Counted from the first letter of the stretch, positions 1 through 13,120 are shown. The stretch is 64,000 bases of DNA from Folioceros fuciformis (GCA_049999805.1 JBNGIO010005634.1:1-64000); one strand, 5' to 3'. The notes: generated by a model from the sequence alone, not told the origin. Numbers and translations are program-made.

Positions 1-596
1 ATCCAGATATGTTTATGAGAGTGTTCACACAGCGGAACAGAGAAACTGGTTACCGACATCTAGGCTAGTTCGAGAGCCGAAGGACTTCAGGAAGCTTTCC
101 GATTTGGTGCCTGGGCTTGCTGATTTTGGCTGTGCTGGGAGCGTGTAGGGAGCTTGGATTCAGAGGTGCATCTGAGACGTCATCCAATTTGACCTGCGGA
201 ATTTCGCTTGTGGGAAGAATTCTATCCAGTAATGTCCCGCCATATGCATTCCACTTTGCTGCTGGCTAAGTCAGTCGTGATCCGCAGGCGGGGGTCAGGC
301 CAGGAGCCGCCTTTCCATAGCTGGCGGTTGAGCAGGCGTAGGGGCGGAGTCTGGCAGTCCGGTGCCTTTCCTGGCTAAATTCGCACTACCGTGATTGTGG
401 CAGCGGGCCTGCACCTGGAGCGTTGCCGGGTAGAGGAATTGGAAGAGTTCTTTTCTCTGTCTTCAAGCAGGCGGATCGACAATTGGAAATGGATTCGGGT
501 CCTACCCGAGCGTCTGCTCAAGCTCCTCTGCACGGTGCTGTCTGGTAGCGCTAGCTTGCTGGAAACGTGTGTCCAGATTTTGTGAGACTTTTGCTC

Positions 597-3500
597 ATGA
601 GGCAACTACGGTCTCCGGATGGAAATATCTTCGGCCTCTTGGATGGCCGGTCCTTGGACTCCCACGAGGTATGCGCAATTTTGAGGTGGTGATGTTGCAA
701 TCTGGTGTCTTCCTACGGGGTGTTGGATCTGCGGGTGCAGCCGTTCACTTGAAGCAGAGTCCCTTCACTGTTTCCGGATTGTGATCGTGGGAAAATTGCT
801 CTGTTTGCGTGTTCAATGTAGCTGTATCGTATTCGCCTCTGTATGGATTACTTCTGTCTGACCTGGGTAAAAAAGGGCAAGCCTCTGCCGGTGCACGTGC
901 CCGACGGACTGGTGTGCACAAAGTGTCTGAGTTCGATTCTTAGGGGTCTTGTTTAAGGTCTCAGTTCTATGACTAGGGAGTCTCATTACTGTCATCCTGA
1001 GGTATTTGAAAGCCAGGGTGGAATGTGAGTTGAACAGTGGACTAATTCCGAGATTGTGTGTGTTGCAGTTGCCGTTCCCCCTCCTGGAACGCCACCCGAG
1101 GCGTGCTATGCAGACACACTCCTCTCTGGTGCAGCGGCTTGCCCTTGACAAGGTTATGGAGGTATAAGCTCGATATGCACCCACGGGTTGATGCTACCTG
1201 TTGAACCATCAACATAGCTCTTGTTCAGCTCGAAGATAGGGGATGCAATAGGCCAGAGGTTGAATGTTACTGGGGACAGTGCTTCGTGCGAGGGTGCTGT
1301 GAGAGGCTTACATCCCTCTTGCTGCTTCAGGGTCACCAAGGCTGTGTGAATGCTTTATCGTGGAATGCGAAAGGTTCGCTCCTTCTATCAGGCTCGGATG
1401 ACACGGTGGTGAGGATGCCCTGCATTAGCTGGTGTGCGTATGGGTTGGGAAGTTTGGGTTGCTGATCGTTGGACTCATGATGATCAAGTGCAACCTGGTC
1501 CTTGGTTTTGCAGGTGAACGTTTGGGACTATTCAACCAGGAAGCTAGTGCACAGCATACACACTGGCCATACTGCTAACATTTTTTGCACCAAGTTTATG
1601 CCAGAAACAGGGGATAGTGTCATTGTTTCAGGTGCTGGAGACAATGAGGTACAGAGCTGTTAGTGTAGTAGCCTAAATGTTGAACGAGACGGTTCTCAGT
1701 GTTGGACGAAAATTTTGAAAGTGCAAGCCAGAAGTTAAAGGTATTTTCCTTTTGCAGGTTCGTGTTCACAGAATCACTCGTTCCTCTGCACGACCAGGCT
1801 TAGACAACGTTGATCACAAGGATACCGCTTTGTTTCGCTGCCATTCACGGAGAGTTAAAAAACTTGCAGTACGCCTCTATGCCATTGCAATTCTTTCCCT
1901 AAGCTACCTCACATTAATCCACGTGCCTGGCACAACTTTTTGTAATGCCTCTTCTCACGGTTTTTCCTGCAGGTGGAAGACGGAAATCCACATGTGGTCT
2001 GGAGCGCCAGTGAAGATGCTACTCTTCGTCAACATGATTTGAGAGAGTGCAACTCATGTCCAAGTGGCAGTCATGAATGTCGAAATGTTCTCGTATGTAA
2101 TTGACTCTTCAGAGACAGCAAAGTTGATCTCTATGTGGTTTTCATCATGCGTCTGTTCTCCTGTCTGGGTGGCTAGCTTGATCTTCGAAATGGAGCGAAG
2201 AGGACACTTCTGAATGCCCCTAGACATCCGCTCGCTCTCAAAACTTGTGCTGTCAGTCCCACGCGACCTCATCATCTTCTTATTGGAGGCAGGTACTGGT
2301 ATTTTTGGTGCTTCACAGGTTAGGCAATGACGCGCCGCTGGTGATGATACATTATACTAAAGACACTCTGGTGTTATGTTTGTCAGTGATGCGTTTGCTC
2401 GATTGTATGACCGACGAATGCTGCTCCCCCCATCTTCAGATAGGCAAAACGCGAAGACACCTCCATGCGTGTGCTACTTTTGTCCTGCCCACCTTTCTGA
2501 CGATGTAAGTTCCCAGGATTCCTACACTTTCTGCAGGTGTGGAGAACTGTGACGTAGGTTGCAAGGTGAACTCGTTATCTCACGAATAATACCCGTACTG
2601 GGATGTGGGCAGAGTCGATCAAATTTACATTTGACTCATGTTACGTTCAGCCCCAATGGCGAGGAAGTTCTGCTGAGTTACAGTGGGGAGCACGTGTATC
2701 TCATGGCTGCAAATAGTGGTATGTGCTTGTGTAGAAATGTGCGTACTTTAAGACTTGCGTGTGGCATGTTTATGCAGTTGACAATCAATTTGAGTCATTT
2801 TTTGACCAGTCTGTAACCTTCCCCTCTTCTATATCCACTATGTGGCTTCTATGCAGCACAACATGATGCTGTGGTGTATACGGCAAGCGATCTTCCCAAA
2901 AGATCTCTGCTTTCGCCCCTTTCAAATGGCACCGGGGAAGCTGCTGCAGGTGTAGCTGGACTTGGCCGAAGGCGAGACTCTGCCTGGGTATGTTCTTCGG
3001 AGCCTATGTGGTCAACGCTTGACTCTGCATGACTTTAGTTTGGCTGCTTGTCGCTTCCAAGCATCCACAATGTAGACTATCGGGGATAATTGGAATCCTT
3101 TGCAAATTTTGTGGCGAGTATCTCTCGTCAGCATCTGATTTGTTCCACTTGCAGCTCAAGGAGTGCTGGGAGTTGTTTGAAGATGCACGACGAGCTATGC
3201 AAGTGGGGAGGCTTGGTAATTGCCTCTACGTAATAGAGGCTACCAGTGAGGTTATTGATGGTGGGGGCCCAGTTGTGGGTCCTGAGCTAAGACATAATTG
3301 TCTTTGCCTCAGGGCTACCGCGTTTTTGAAGGTTTGGCTTCGTTCTGCTCTGATTTGTGATCGAACCTAACTTGGAATGAGACCTGGCATGAGATTATTT
3401 CAAATGTCATTATGTATGCAGAGGGCTTGGAAGAACGATGTTCATATGACAATAAGAGATTCCGATGAGGCTCGAGCTATTATTCCAGATTCCGTTATAG

Positions 3501-5682
3501 CACATTATAATCTTTCAAAGGCATTTTCCCAGGTTAGTTGGTCCATGGTGTGTTTGTATATCAACAGGTAGTACCATATTTCCTAGAGCTAATACAATGG
3601 TAACGTTTTGTTGGTCCAGCTTCAAAAACCAACTGAGGCGTTGGAGTTCGCTTTACGGGCACATCAGCTAGATCCTTCAGACTCCGGATTAAATGACCTT
3701 GTGGCTCAGCTGCGATCGACAGTGCAAGCAGGTTGGTCGCTTCACTGTCTTGTGGTCATTTTAGCGCGACCCTACCCTGATGCTTTCATCAGACTGTGTG
3801 GTCATGAACTCGTCATTTCGTTGATATAGCCTGCTGATTTATGATGCTATGGCCATCTATGCTCCGGCACGGTGAGTGCTGCAGAGGAGGCTAGAAACGG
3901 GGAGAGTGATGGAAAATCAGACAGGAGGTCAAGCAGATCGCGGCCAAGGAGAGATCGTTACTTTCGACCAATCTCAGGGGACAGTGAAAGGGTCACGGAC
4001 AATACAGAAGAGCTGGATATTGACGAAGAAAGTGATATGGAGATGGAAATGGAAATTGAGATGTCGGTTGATATTGATCAAAATAGGAATCGTAATGGAG
4101 GTCGGGCTGGTCCAAGCGTGAATCTGCGATTGAAGCAAACGAGGAGGGCGCCCACTCCATCATCAGTGACAGATGTATTGGACAACACTTCATTTCCGGT
4201 GTGTGAAACCAAATTAGTTGCCATGGGAGTGTTCTGAAGAGTTAACATCTTGTTCTCATCTTCCAATTGCTGATGTGCATCTCTCTCTATTCACATTTGC
4301 CAGGATGAAGTTGTTGTTGACATGCGGCAGCGATATGTTGGACACTGCAACACGGGCACTGATATAAAGCAGGCAAGCTTCCTCGGTGAACGGGGTAGGT
4401 ATTTGCTTTTTGCTAGTGTCCATTATCTTCAATTGTCTGCAATGACGGATGCTGTACATTTTATGGCAGGAGAATTCATTGGCAGTGGCAGTGATGGCGG
4501 GCGGTGGTTTATTTGGCAGAAACGAACTGGCAGACTGGTAAAGGTGCTTACAGGAGATGAGCATGGTAAGCGGAGCTGACTCACGTTGGAGACCTTAGGA
4601 GGGTGTTGGAACATTTTCAACTTGCAAGTTCTGACGTAATTTTCGCTTGTATGCTATGTGCAGTTGTTAACTGTGTCCAGTCCCATCCTTTGGATTGTGC
4701 AATTGCAACAAGCGGCATTGACAGCACTATAAAGGTGAGTGATGGATCATTCACAAGGTTGGCTGTTCTCCTTGTTGAGTGGGGATGACGTCATGAGCTT
4801 CTCGCTTTGTGTGTGCAGCTTTGGACTCCCTGTGCAGAAGAGGCATCCATGGTAGCAGGTGGTGTTGCAGATCCAGAGATAGCCGATGTGCCCGAGCTTA
4901 TGGCTGAAAATCAGCGGCAAATGAAGCATTCCGGAGAATTGACAATGTTGTAAGTGCACAACAGTGTGAAGTCTTTTCATATTACTTGTTCACTGAGGTC
5001 TTGAGAGCTGGATCCTGCCTTTTTGTTGCGAACGATTGCAAAGTTTGGATAGACTGTCATCCTTGAAGTTCATGGGAAGATCACCCTAAGGTCATCAGAG
5101 ATATGTCGCCAATGAACTGTGGGTATCTGAATTTCTGTCACAATAGGGTTCTTTGATCTAAACCGTCGCCTGTTCAAAGAGAGAATCCTGAAGGTGATGT
5201 TTTCTTCCTGCCAAAGCCATTCCCAATGCTTGACATATCTGGAAAACGCTTTAACACCTTTTGACGAGCGATTGTAACTCCAATCCTGTACCGCTAGGAG
5301 ATGGAATACGCTACTTGTACTATGGTGCTTTTGCGACCTTGCAATTGGCATGGTCTGCAGGTAAAGCATGCATGCTGTGATGGGAAGTATTCCTTTTACT
5401 AAATAGTTTGTCCTTCTGCGAAAAAACTTGTGTCACATGAGGGATGGCTTGTTCACTATGACCTTGAATAGTTAGGGGGTTGAAGAGGGTCCCCTTTGCG
5501 TGCAAGAAATTTAGGTGCTCCTGTCTCAATAACACAGAGCACTGTGTTACTGCAACCGGCAATGCAATTCTGCTGAGATAAATGTTCTCCTATTTTGCAG
5601 GCCGCTGGAACTGCTCCAGCGATTCAGGGTGCAGAATGGTCTTGAAGGAGGGGGGCACCCTTTTGAATGCACTCCAAGCTGA
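597..5682 (+). CDS. ASG2: WD40 + TPR repeat protein, WDTC1/ASG2-like (DDB1-CUL4 associated factor), multi-exon, C-terminal CaaX
   Basis: Spliced GT-AG exons read MRQLRSPDGNIFGLLDGRSLDSHE / ..MQTHSSLVQRLALDKVME / GHQGCVNALSWNAKGSLLLSGSDDT / ..HTGHTANIFCTKFMPE.. / LHLTHVTFSPNGEEVLLSYSGEHVY / TPR region / MRQRYVGHCNTGTDIKQASFLG / VVNCVQSHP / ..HPFECTPS*. These match my recollection of Arabidopsis ASG2 and animal WDTC1. Confidence 0.9.
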
Positions 5683-5940
5683 GAGCACCAGGTGAGAAGG
5701 TAGATTATTCGTGTAAACTTGTACGAGAATTTCTGAAAGACGCGACACCAGCTGAGGTTCTGGTAGCGTAATGACATGTCAATGCTGATACTTTTCATCT
5801 TGTAGCGTTTACTGGAGTTACACTGATGTACAGTAATTGGTACCGGATTTAGACTTGTTTTAGGACTTGCAATCCTTTGTACAATAGACTTTTGGATTTA
5901 TCGATCATGTGGTTCTACCGTGTATTGGCATAGCTTGCAA

Positions 5941-6146
5941 TAGCAGTGCCATGTCACGTGGGCTATGCCAGTGAACTAGCAGTGCCATGTCATGTGGGCT
6001 ACACCAGTGAACTAGCAGTGCCATGTCACGTCTACGCCAGTGAACTAGCAGTGCCATGTCATGTGGGCTACACCAGTGAACTAGCAGTGCCATGTCATGT
6101 GGGCTACACCAGTGAACTAGCAGTGCCATGTCATGTGGGCTACACC
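5941..6146. repeat. 36-bp minisatellite (~5.5 copies; unit GTGAACTAGCAGTGCCATGTCATGTGGGCTACACCA)
   Basis: Directly visible; it produces the periodic ORFs (TSELAVPCHVGY)n and (CSPHDMALLVHW)n. Confidence 0.95.
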
Positions 6147-6297
6147 CAGTGTATGACATGGCACTGCTATTCCCATCCAAAAACGCAGTAAGCTTCTCGG
6201 GGCTTTCGTTAAGACACTCTTGCATGAACAAAATTTTCATCCGAATAACTAGAAGCTCACATATTAGATAACTACAACAGCTTTCGTTTCTCCGCAA

Positions 6298-7030
<733 letters not shown>

Positions 7031-7063
7031 CTAGGGACTATTGGCCAATCACTTCCACATAAG

Positions 7064-7071
7064 AACCCTAA
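7064..7071. promoter_or_regulatory. Telo-box-like motif (AACCCTAA) upstream of RPL23
   Basis: Motif lies ~90 bp upstream of the RPL23 ATG. Telo-boxes are typical of plant ribosomal protein genes, but the motif is short and could be chance. Confidence 0.3.
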
Positions 7072-7224
7072 CAAAAACCACCAACGAGCACCGAGACTAG
7101 CCCTAGGAAAATAATTACGTGAAGGATTCAAACGAGAGAAAATTTGGTAAAAGGAAACTCTCCAGAATTGACGAAAAGTACTCGTCGTCAGTGCTAAGTA
7201 AGTCACGTGCCCATGATAGACCAA

Positions 7225-7990
7225 TATGGAATATCGGACAGGCCTAGACACTTGATGTTTTTTTTTCTAGAATATATATTTTATATACTATATTTTATAC
7301 GGTAGAATCTACCACATTCCCATATTGAACGTAGGGACCAATACTATGATTTTTATTTGGGTTCATGCACCTCATCATAAAAAATCAGGATGAAACATGT
7401 GGATTCGTAGGAGTTAGGGTATAGTAGTGTTTGAGAGATGCACTAATGGACATTGTCGATAGAGCATTCCTCAGAGTAGGAAAGCTCGCACCCCTACTTC
7501 CGCACCCTTTTCGAGTTGGCAGGATGTTGGAACCAAAACACCAAAACTTCGGTCCACATCACCACCCCGCCATCGGTCTTGTTGTGCACCATAGCTTGCA
7601 GTCCCGGATATCACATTATCACACGTAACGGATCGGAACGTGAGGGATAAAATAGTATCACAAAGTAGGTGTCCCGATCGGGACACCTACTTTGTGCCCT
7701 AGATCGGCACACCTACTTTATGCCCTACGACCAAAGCGGGCTGACGTCCAAAAATGTTTGGACCATATACCACCGCAGCAAACGTCCAAAAATGTTTGGA
7801 CCATATACCACCGCAGCAAAGTGGGCACACCTCTGACGTCCAAAAATATTTGGACCATATACCACCGCACTAAAGTTTGTGTGAAAGCCAAGCCTGTTTG
7901 GACCATATACCACCGCAGTAGAGTTTGTGTGAAAGCTACAATAAAGTTAGTGTGAAAGCCAGCCTGTTTGGGCCGTATCGATATTCCATA
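7225..7990. mobile_element. Candidate non-autonomous DNA transposon (MITE-like) with internal palindrome and subterminal repeats
   Basis: Imperfect inverted ends (TATGGAATATCG at 7225 / CGATATTCCATA ending 7990), a 38-bp palindrome at 7659-7696, and 4 copies of TTTGGACCATATACCACCGCA at ~7756-7918. No clear TSD. Confidence 0.4.
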
Positions 7991-8762
7991 GACTAGTCAG
8001 GTAAATTTGTAAGTATCAATTAGGTGATCGACTAAGGCTTGTAGATAACCTCTTTGAGAGGTTGTCATTTTAGTTTGAGCATATGTATATATATTTACAG
8101 TAAATTTAAGATATTAAGTTCGATGAAGACTTATTTGGCTACCTACTCAATAACCAGCAGCTCATTAAGTTTCTCCATCCATAAATGCTTTCTAACATTA
8201 GCTTTAAGCCTCTAATCCTTAAATGTCCTGCAAATTGACCTCAACTAGCTCATTGCTAGCACTGGGATCCTTGTCGTCCACCCATTGTCTAAGAAAAAAG
8301 TCTTCTCAAACTTCAAGTATAGTATGCAGTACCTATATGCGTTTTAAACTCCGCCGCATGCTACCAAATGCGTAAGCGTAAGCCCACGAAGCATTTACTT
8401 TATGGCTAGTCTGTACCCCCTATTTTTGTGTGATGTTCTTGCACCAGGTAAGAGACCCCAAACCCGTCATCCTCAAATCCGTTCCTACGAGCTATCAATT
8501 TGAACCCGATGGCAAGCTGTAAACATCATGGACCACGTGCAGGTTCAACAGGTTCCTTGGACCTCCGAGGTGTTCAGGGACACAAGCTTAAACTATCGAA
8601 ACTTTTAATTCAGCTTGTTTGAAGCATCCGTAGACTAGTAGGTCCCGACGTAAACTGCAGACTAAAGAACATTGTGCCCCCACACGTTAAGGGGAGTGCA
8701 ATTATGAAGCCCCCTTCCAAGCTGGGCCAGCTTCTGTTTCACGTGGCAGCTCAGCAATGCTC

Positions 8763-9815
8763 TTAGAAGATTTCGTCATCAGGTATGACAGGGATGAGAA
8801 ACCTGCGTGGATCCTTCTCAGCATCAGCGTAATCCGGTCTAGGCTTCACTCTCTCCACATTCGGAGCAAGGGGGATGATGGCATCCTTGTCGATGACACC
8901 ATCGATCAATCCATACTCCATGGCCTCCACCGGGGACATGTAACGGTCCCTGTCAATATCTTTCTCCACCTGCTTGTATGGCCGACCTGTGATCTCTGAG
9001 ACGATGCGGATAATATTGCTCTTGTGATACATAATTTCCTTGGCTTGAATCTCCACATCGATGGCCTGGCCACTGGCACCTCCCATGGGCTGGTGCATCA
9101 TGATCCGGGCGTTGGGCATGGCAAAGCGCTTGCCCTTGGACCCGCCTGCCAACACAAGGGCAGCCGTAGATGCAGCCAGCCCGAAGGCGATGGTGGAAAC
9201 TTCAGCCCGACATAATTGGATAGCGTCGTATATCCCCATAGCAGCACTGCACAGCGAGCCACAGCCACAGTGCAAGTTACGTCACAGGGCCCGCCTGGCT
9301 AAACCATTGAATCCACATCCCATCCCGAAATTCTTCCACAATTGCCCGCAAGCACCTCATCCGACCTAACCCTAGGCAAGTTAGCAGTCGCAATACTGAG
9401 GCACGACGACTCGGTACCTGATCGACCCGCCGGGGCAGTTCACGAACAGCCGAATCGGCTTCTTGGGATCCATAGCATCCAGGAGCAAGAGCTGGCTAAC
9501 GATGGCGTCCGCTACAAAGTCGTCCATCTGGTGGCCCAGAAACACAATGCGTTGCTTAAGAAGCAGGCCCATGACGTCCGCCTCAGCCGAGCGCTGCGCC
9601 TGGGCAGGGGCCTGAGTCGCCACTATCCTCGCCGCAACCTGCACTCCAGCCCGCTTGAAACCCTTCCTCCATTGCCCCACCTGCCGGGGAGTCTTGAGCG
9701 GCAGAAATGCAGGAGAGCGCGAAGAGGAAGGCGCGCAGCAGGAAGTGGAGGGCAAGTCCCCTGAGTGAAGGCGACACAGGGCACTGCCTGCTGCCGCCAT
9801 TGCTGATGCTGCCAT
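8763..9815 (-). CDS. CLPP4: Plastid Clp protease proteolytic subunit ClpP4 (transit peptide, 2 exons)
   Basis: [39 protein letters not shown] / [53 protein letters not shown]. Catalytic Ser/His/Asp motifs are present and the C-terminal tail is typical of ClpP4. Confidence 0.9.
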
Positions 9816-10264
9816 TCCCTTACGATCCCCACAGCCTGTGCTCGCGGCTCAGCAGCCAACGCTAGGAACACACATTGGTCTAGCCGTCTTTCAGCTTAAG
9901 CCGGCCGACATATCTTCACGCCTACTCTAGCTTTACATAAGTGTATGTTGAGTAGGCACGTAGTCATCTTGGTACATAATGTACGTATATGAAAGAAAGA
10001 GAAACTCGAGGTAAATTTGCGGAAGAAATGCACGGTGAGAAGAGACAGAAGCACCACGAGCCACACAGGAGACTGCAATGGATTCATGTAAAGGAATACC
10101 TGAAAAGGAATTTGATGTTATTAATTTACATTTTTTTGATAAATCCACGTTCCGGGCGCGACTGCCCATGTCTACAGGATACTTCCGTCTGTCATGGAAT
10201 AGCTTTCTTGTTCCCTCTTCTTACTCCCTTGCCATCAATGGCTCCTTGCCATCTCGACATCTTC

Positions 10265-13120
10265 TCATCGAAACACTTGAGCAAACTTCTCGCTTTGGGG
10301 AGCAAGAAAGCTGTTTCGGCTTTGCACACAGACCTTCGTTGTTTGAGGATGGTTCAAAGTATCTTGCACTGCAAAAGTATGGACCAGCCCATCCATGTCT
10401 GTCCACCAGCTCTGGCCCGGCTGCTTCCGGGCCCCGGCTCGTCTTCTCCTTACCTGCATCTCCTGGGCTTGCTCCCACATCTGGGCACCGGTGTAGATGT
10501 TGGCCATGAGAACATAGGCTGCAGCATCTTGTTCGTCCAGCCTCACTGCTTCATTGAAAGCATGGCGTCCCACCTCCACGTTGCTCCACTTTTGACAAGC
10601 ACCCAACAGAGTGTGCCACACTACTGCATCCTGAGACTGCACGGGCATTGTTCTGGCCACCGCCAGCGCCTCTTGAACTTGGCCTGCACGACCAAGGAGG
10701 TCCACCATGCACGAGTAGTGCTCTGCTGTGGGAGTAATGCCATGCTCCCTGCTCATAACCTCGAATTGCTCTTGCCCTTTAGTCACCAGACCTGTGTGAG
10801 TGCATACGCTTAGTATACTGATGAATGTGATACTGTCTGGCTGTACGCCGTCCTCTCTCATTCTGTCTACCAAGTCGAAGACCACTTCACTGTTCCCTTG
10901 GCGGCTGTATCCTGCAATCAGTGCATTCCAAGGGACAATGTCAGGTTTCCAGGGCAACGCGTGGAACACCTGCTGTGCATCAACCATGCTCCCGCACCTT
11001 GCGTACATGTTTATCAAACTGACGGCTACAAACATGTCCGTTTGCAGCCCTTGTTCAACAATCTCTGTGTGAATATGCCTTCCTGCGTGTAACGCTGCTA
11101 CGTTTGCACATGCCTGCAGGAGGCACAGGAATGTTACAGAGTTGGGTTGAATACTACCATCTTCTCTCATGCCTTTGTAAAGATGGAGGGCTTCCTCAGC
11201 CATCCCCTCCTGGCAATACCCTGCTATCAGAGTGGTCCATGTCACCACATTTTTTTTAGGAACTCTGTCAAACATGCTTCGAGCATGCCGTATGCTGCCG
11301 CATTTTGCATACATGTCTATCAAACTGTTTGCTATAGACACATTATCTTGGAGGCCTTGCACTTCAACCTGAGCATGCAGCTGCTTTCCCACGTCCATAG
11401 CCCCGACACCCACAGCAGCACATGCCTGCAGGGTGCACACAAGCGTCACAGGATCTGGTACGACAACAGCTTCTTGCTGCATTGCAGAATAGAGAAGAAG
11501 GGCTTCCTGGCCCATTCCCTGCTGGGAATACCCAGCTATCATTGAGTTCCAGGTCACAATATCTTTGTGACAAACTCTATCAAAAACAGTGCGACCATGT
11601 TCCAGGCTGCCACACTTTGCGTACATGTTTATCAGATTATTGACTACAGTCACGTCAGATTGAAAGCCCCGTTCTTCAAGATAAGCATGAAGCTTCTTTC
11701 CCCTCTCTAGAGCTTTGATACCCACACTTGCACATGCCTGTAGGAGGCACACGAATGTCACAGCGTTTGGTTCAGCAGTACCTTCCTGTTGCATTAAGGT
11801 AAAGAGATGAAGGGCTTCCTCACCCATGCCCTGTTCGGAATATCCTGCGATCAGAGTTGTCCATGTGACGACATCCTTCTCAGAAAGGCCATCAAACACA
11901 CACTGGGCATCCTCTAACCTGTCACACTTTGAGTACATGTTCACTAGATTATTACCTATAGCTACATCAACTTGAAGGCCCTGTTCCTCTATCTGTGCAT
12001 GAAGCTGCTTTCCCGTCTCCAAAGCCAAGGCACCAACACTCGCACATGCCTGCAGGAGGCACACAAACGTGATAGAATCAGGTGAAGTGATGCCTTCTTC
12101 TTGCATAGCACAGTAGACAAGAAGAGCTTCCTCACCCATGCCCTGCTGGGAATATCCTGCAATCATGGCATTCCACGTCACGACATCCTTTGCACGCAGT
12201 CCATCGAACAGGCTCTTAGCATCATCAACGCTGCCACATTTCACATACATGTTTACCAGGCTGCACCCCACAACCACATCGACTTGCAGTCCCTGTTCTT
12301 CAATCTGTGCATGAAGCTGCTTCCCATTCCCCAAAGCGGAGACACCCACACTCACGCATGCTTGCAGGAGACATACAAATGTTACCACATCGGGTGGATG
12401 AATACCTTGTTTCTGCATATCACTGTGAAGACATAGGGCTTCCTGGCCCATGCCGCATTTAGCATACATGTCCACCAAGCAACTACAAAGAAACAAGTCA
12501 GGCGGAAGCCCACTGGCGAGAACATCAGCATGAACCTGCTGGCCACTTTTCAAGTCTGCTTCGCTTGCACAAGCCTGCAGAGCTGCCACAAACACGTGGC
12601 CATCTGGCTGCACACTTGACCTCCGCATCTGATGATACAATTCTATGGCCCCCTTGGCTCGTCCATGTTGAACATGCGCAGAGATTATGGAAGACCACAT
12701 GAACGCATCTGGTTCGGTCACCACAGTGAACACGTCCATCGCTTCTTCCAACCTCGAATGAGAAGCATACATCCGTAGGATGTGGTTGCACAGGAACGCG
12801 TCCGACTCGTACCCTCTCTTGACAGCGAGAGCATGAACACGGCGACCCAGAATCAGATCCTTCTTCAGCATACACAGCTTTACGACACTGAAGACTAGAG
12901 ACTTGGACATAGCAGAATGCGTCTGTACGAGAACTTCTAGAACCTCTACGGCCCTTGTCAGCTCCCCCTGCTGACATAGCTTGCTCCCTGTTTCAGCAGT
13001 CACGCTCACTTCGTGTCCTGCATATCCCTGAGTACAGAACTGCTGTTGCCACAAGATGCCCTGTCGCCTTCTCTGTGAATGAAGTGCAACGACCAAGGCA
13101 CCCATAGTTCGCCAAATCAT
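10265..13120 (-). CDS. PLS-class PPR protein with E domain and WW-type motif, DYW deaminase truncated (E+-like)
   Basis: Intronless ORF of P-L-S repeats (MYAKCG..DVVTWNAMIAGYSQQG..VTFVCLLQAC), E motifs (HYSCMVDLLGRAG; AYVLMANIY), then KQPGQSWWTDMDGLVHTFAVQD..HPQ and a stop before any HxE/CxxC. First ATG is at 13120; the ORF track extends to 13174. Confidence 0.9.
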   Translation of the reverse strand: MIWRTMGALVVALHSQRRRQGILWQQQFCTQGYAGHEVSVTAETGSKLCQQGELTRAVEVLEVLVQTHSAMSKSLVFSVVKLCMLKKDLILGRRVHALAVKRGYESDAFLCNHILRMYASHSRLEEAMDVFTVVTEPDAFMWSSIISAHVQHGRAKGAIELYHQMRRSSVQPDGHVFVAALQACASEADLKSGQQVHADVLASGLPPDLFLCSCLVDMYAKCGMGQEALCLHSDMQKQGIHPPDVVTFVCLLQACVSVGVSALGNGKQLHAQIEEQGLQVDVVVGCSLVNMYVKCGSVDDAKSLFDGLRAKDVVTWNAMIAGYSQQGMGEEALLVYCAMQEEGITSPDSITFVCLLQACASVGALALETGKQLHAQIEEQGLQVDVAIGNNLVNMYSKCDRLEDAQCVFDGLSEKDVVTWTTLIAGYSEQGMGEEALHLFTLMQQEGTAEPNAVTFVCLLQACASVGIKALERGKKLHAYLEERGFQSDVTVVNNLINMYAKCGSLEHGRTVFDRVCHKDIVTWNSMIAGYSQQGMGQEALLLYSAMQQEAVVVPDPVTLVCTLQACAAVGVGAMDVGKQLHAQVEVQGLQDNVSIANSLIDMYAKCGSIRHARSMFDRVPKKNVVTWTTLIAGYCQEGMAEEALHLYKGMREDGSIQPNSVTFLCLLQACANVAALHAGRHIHTEIVEQGLQTDMFVAVSLINMYARCGSMVDAQQVFHALPWKPDIVPWNALIAGYSRQGNSEVVFDLVDRMREDGVQPDSITFISILSVCTHTGLVTKGQEQFEVMSREHGITPTAEHYSCMVDLLGRAGQVQEALAVARTMPVQSQDAVVWHTLLGACQKWSNVEVGRHAFNEAVRLDEQDAAAYVLMANIYTGAQMWEQAQEMQVRRRRAGARKQPGQSWWTDMDGLVHTFAVQDTLNHPQTTKVCVQSRNSFLAPQSEKFAQVFR

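Noticed and set aside
1-590. Possible 5' part of a minus-strand gene at the window edge
   Set aside because: Splice-like signals are present but I found no consistent reading frame or recognisable protein
7750-7965. Direct repeats with variable spacers resembling a mini CRISPR array
   Set aside because: The spacers are related to each other and irregular in length, there are no cas genes, and the context is eukaryotic
9989-10813. 274-aa plus-strand ORF
   Set aside because: Mostly the antisense shadow of the PPR gene; no recognisable domain
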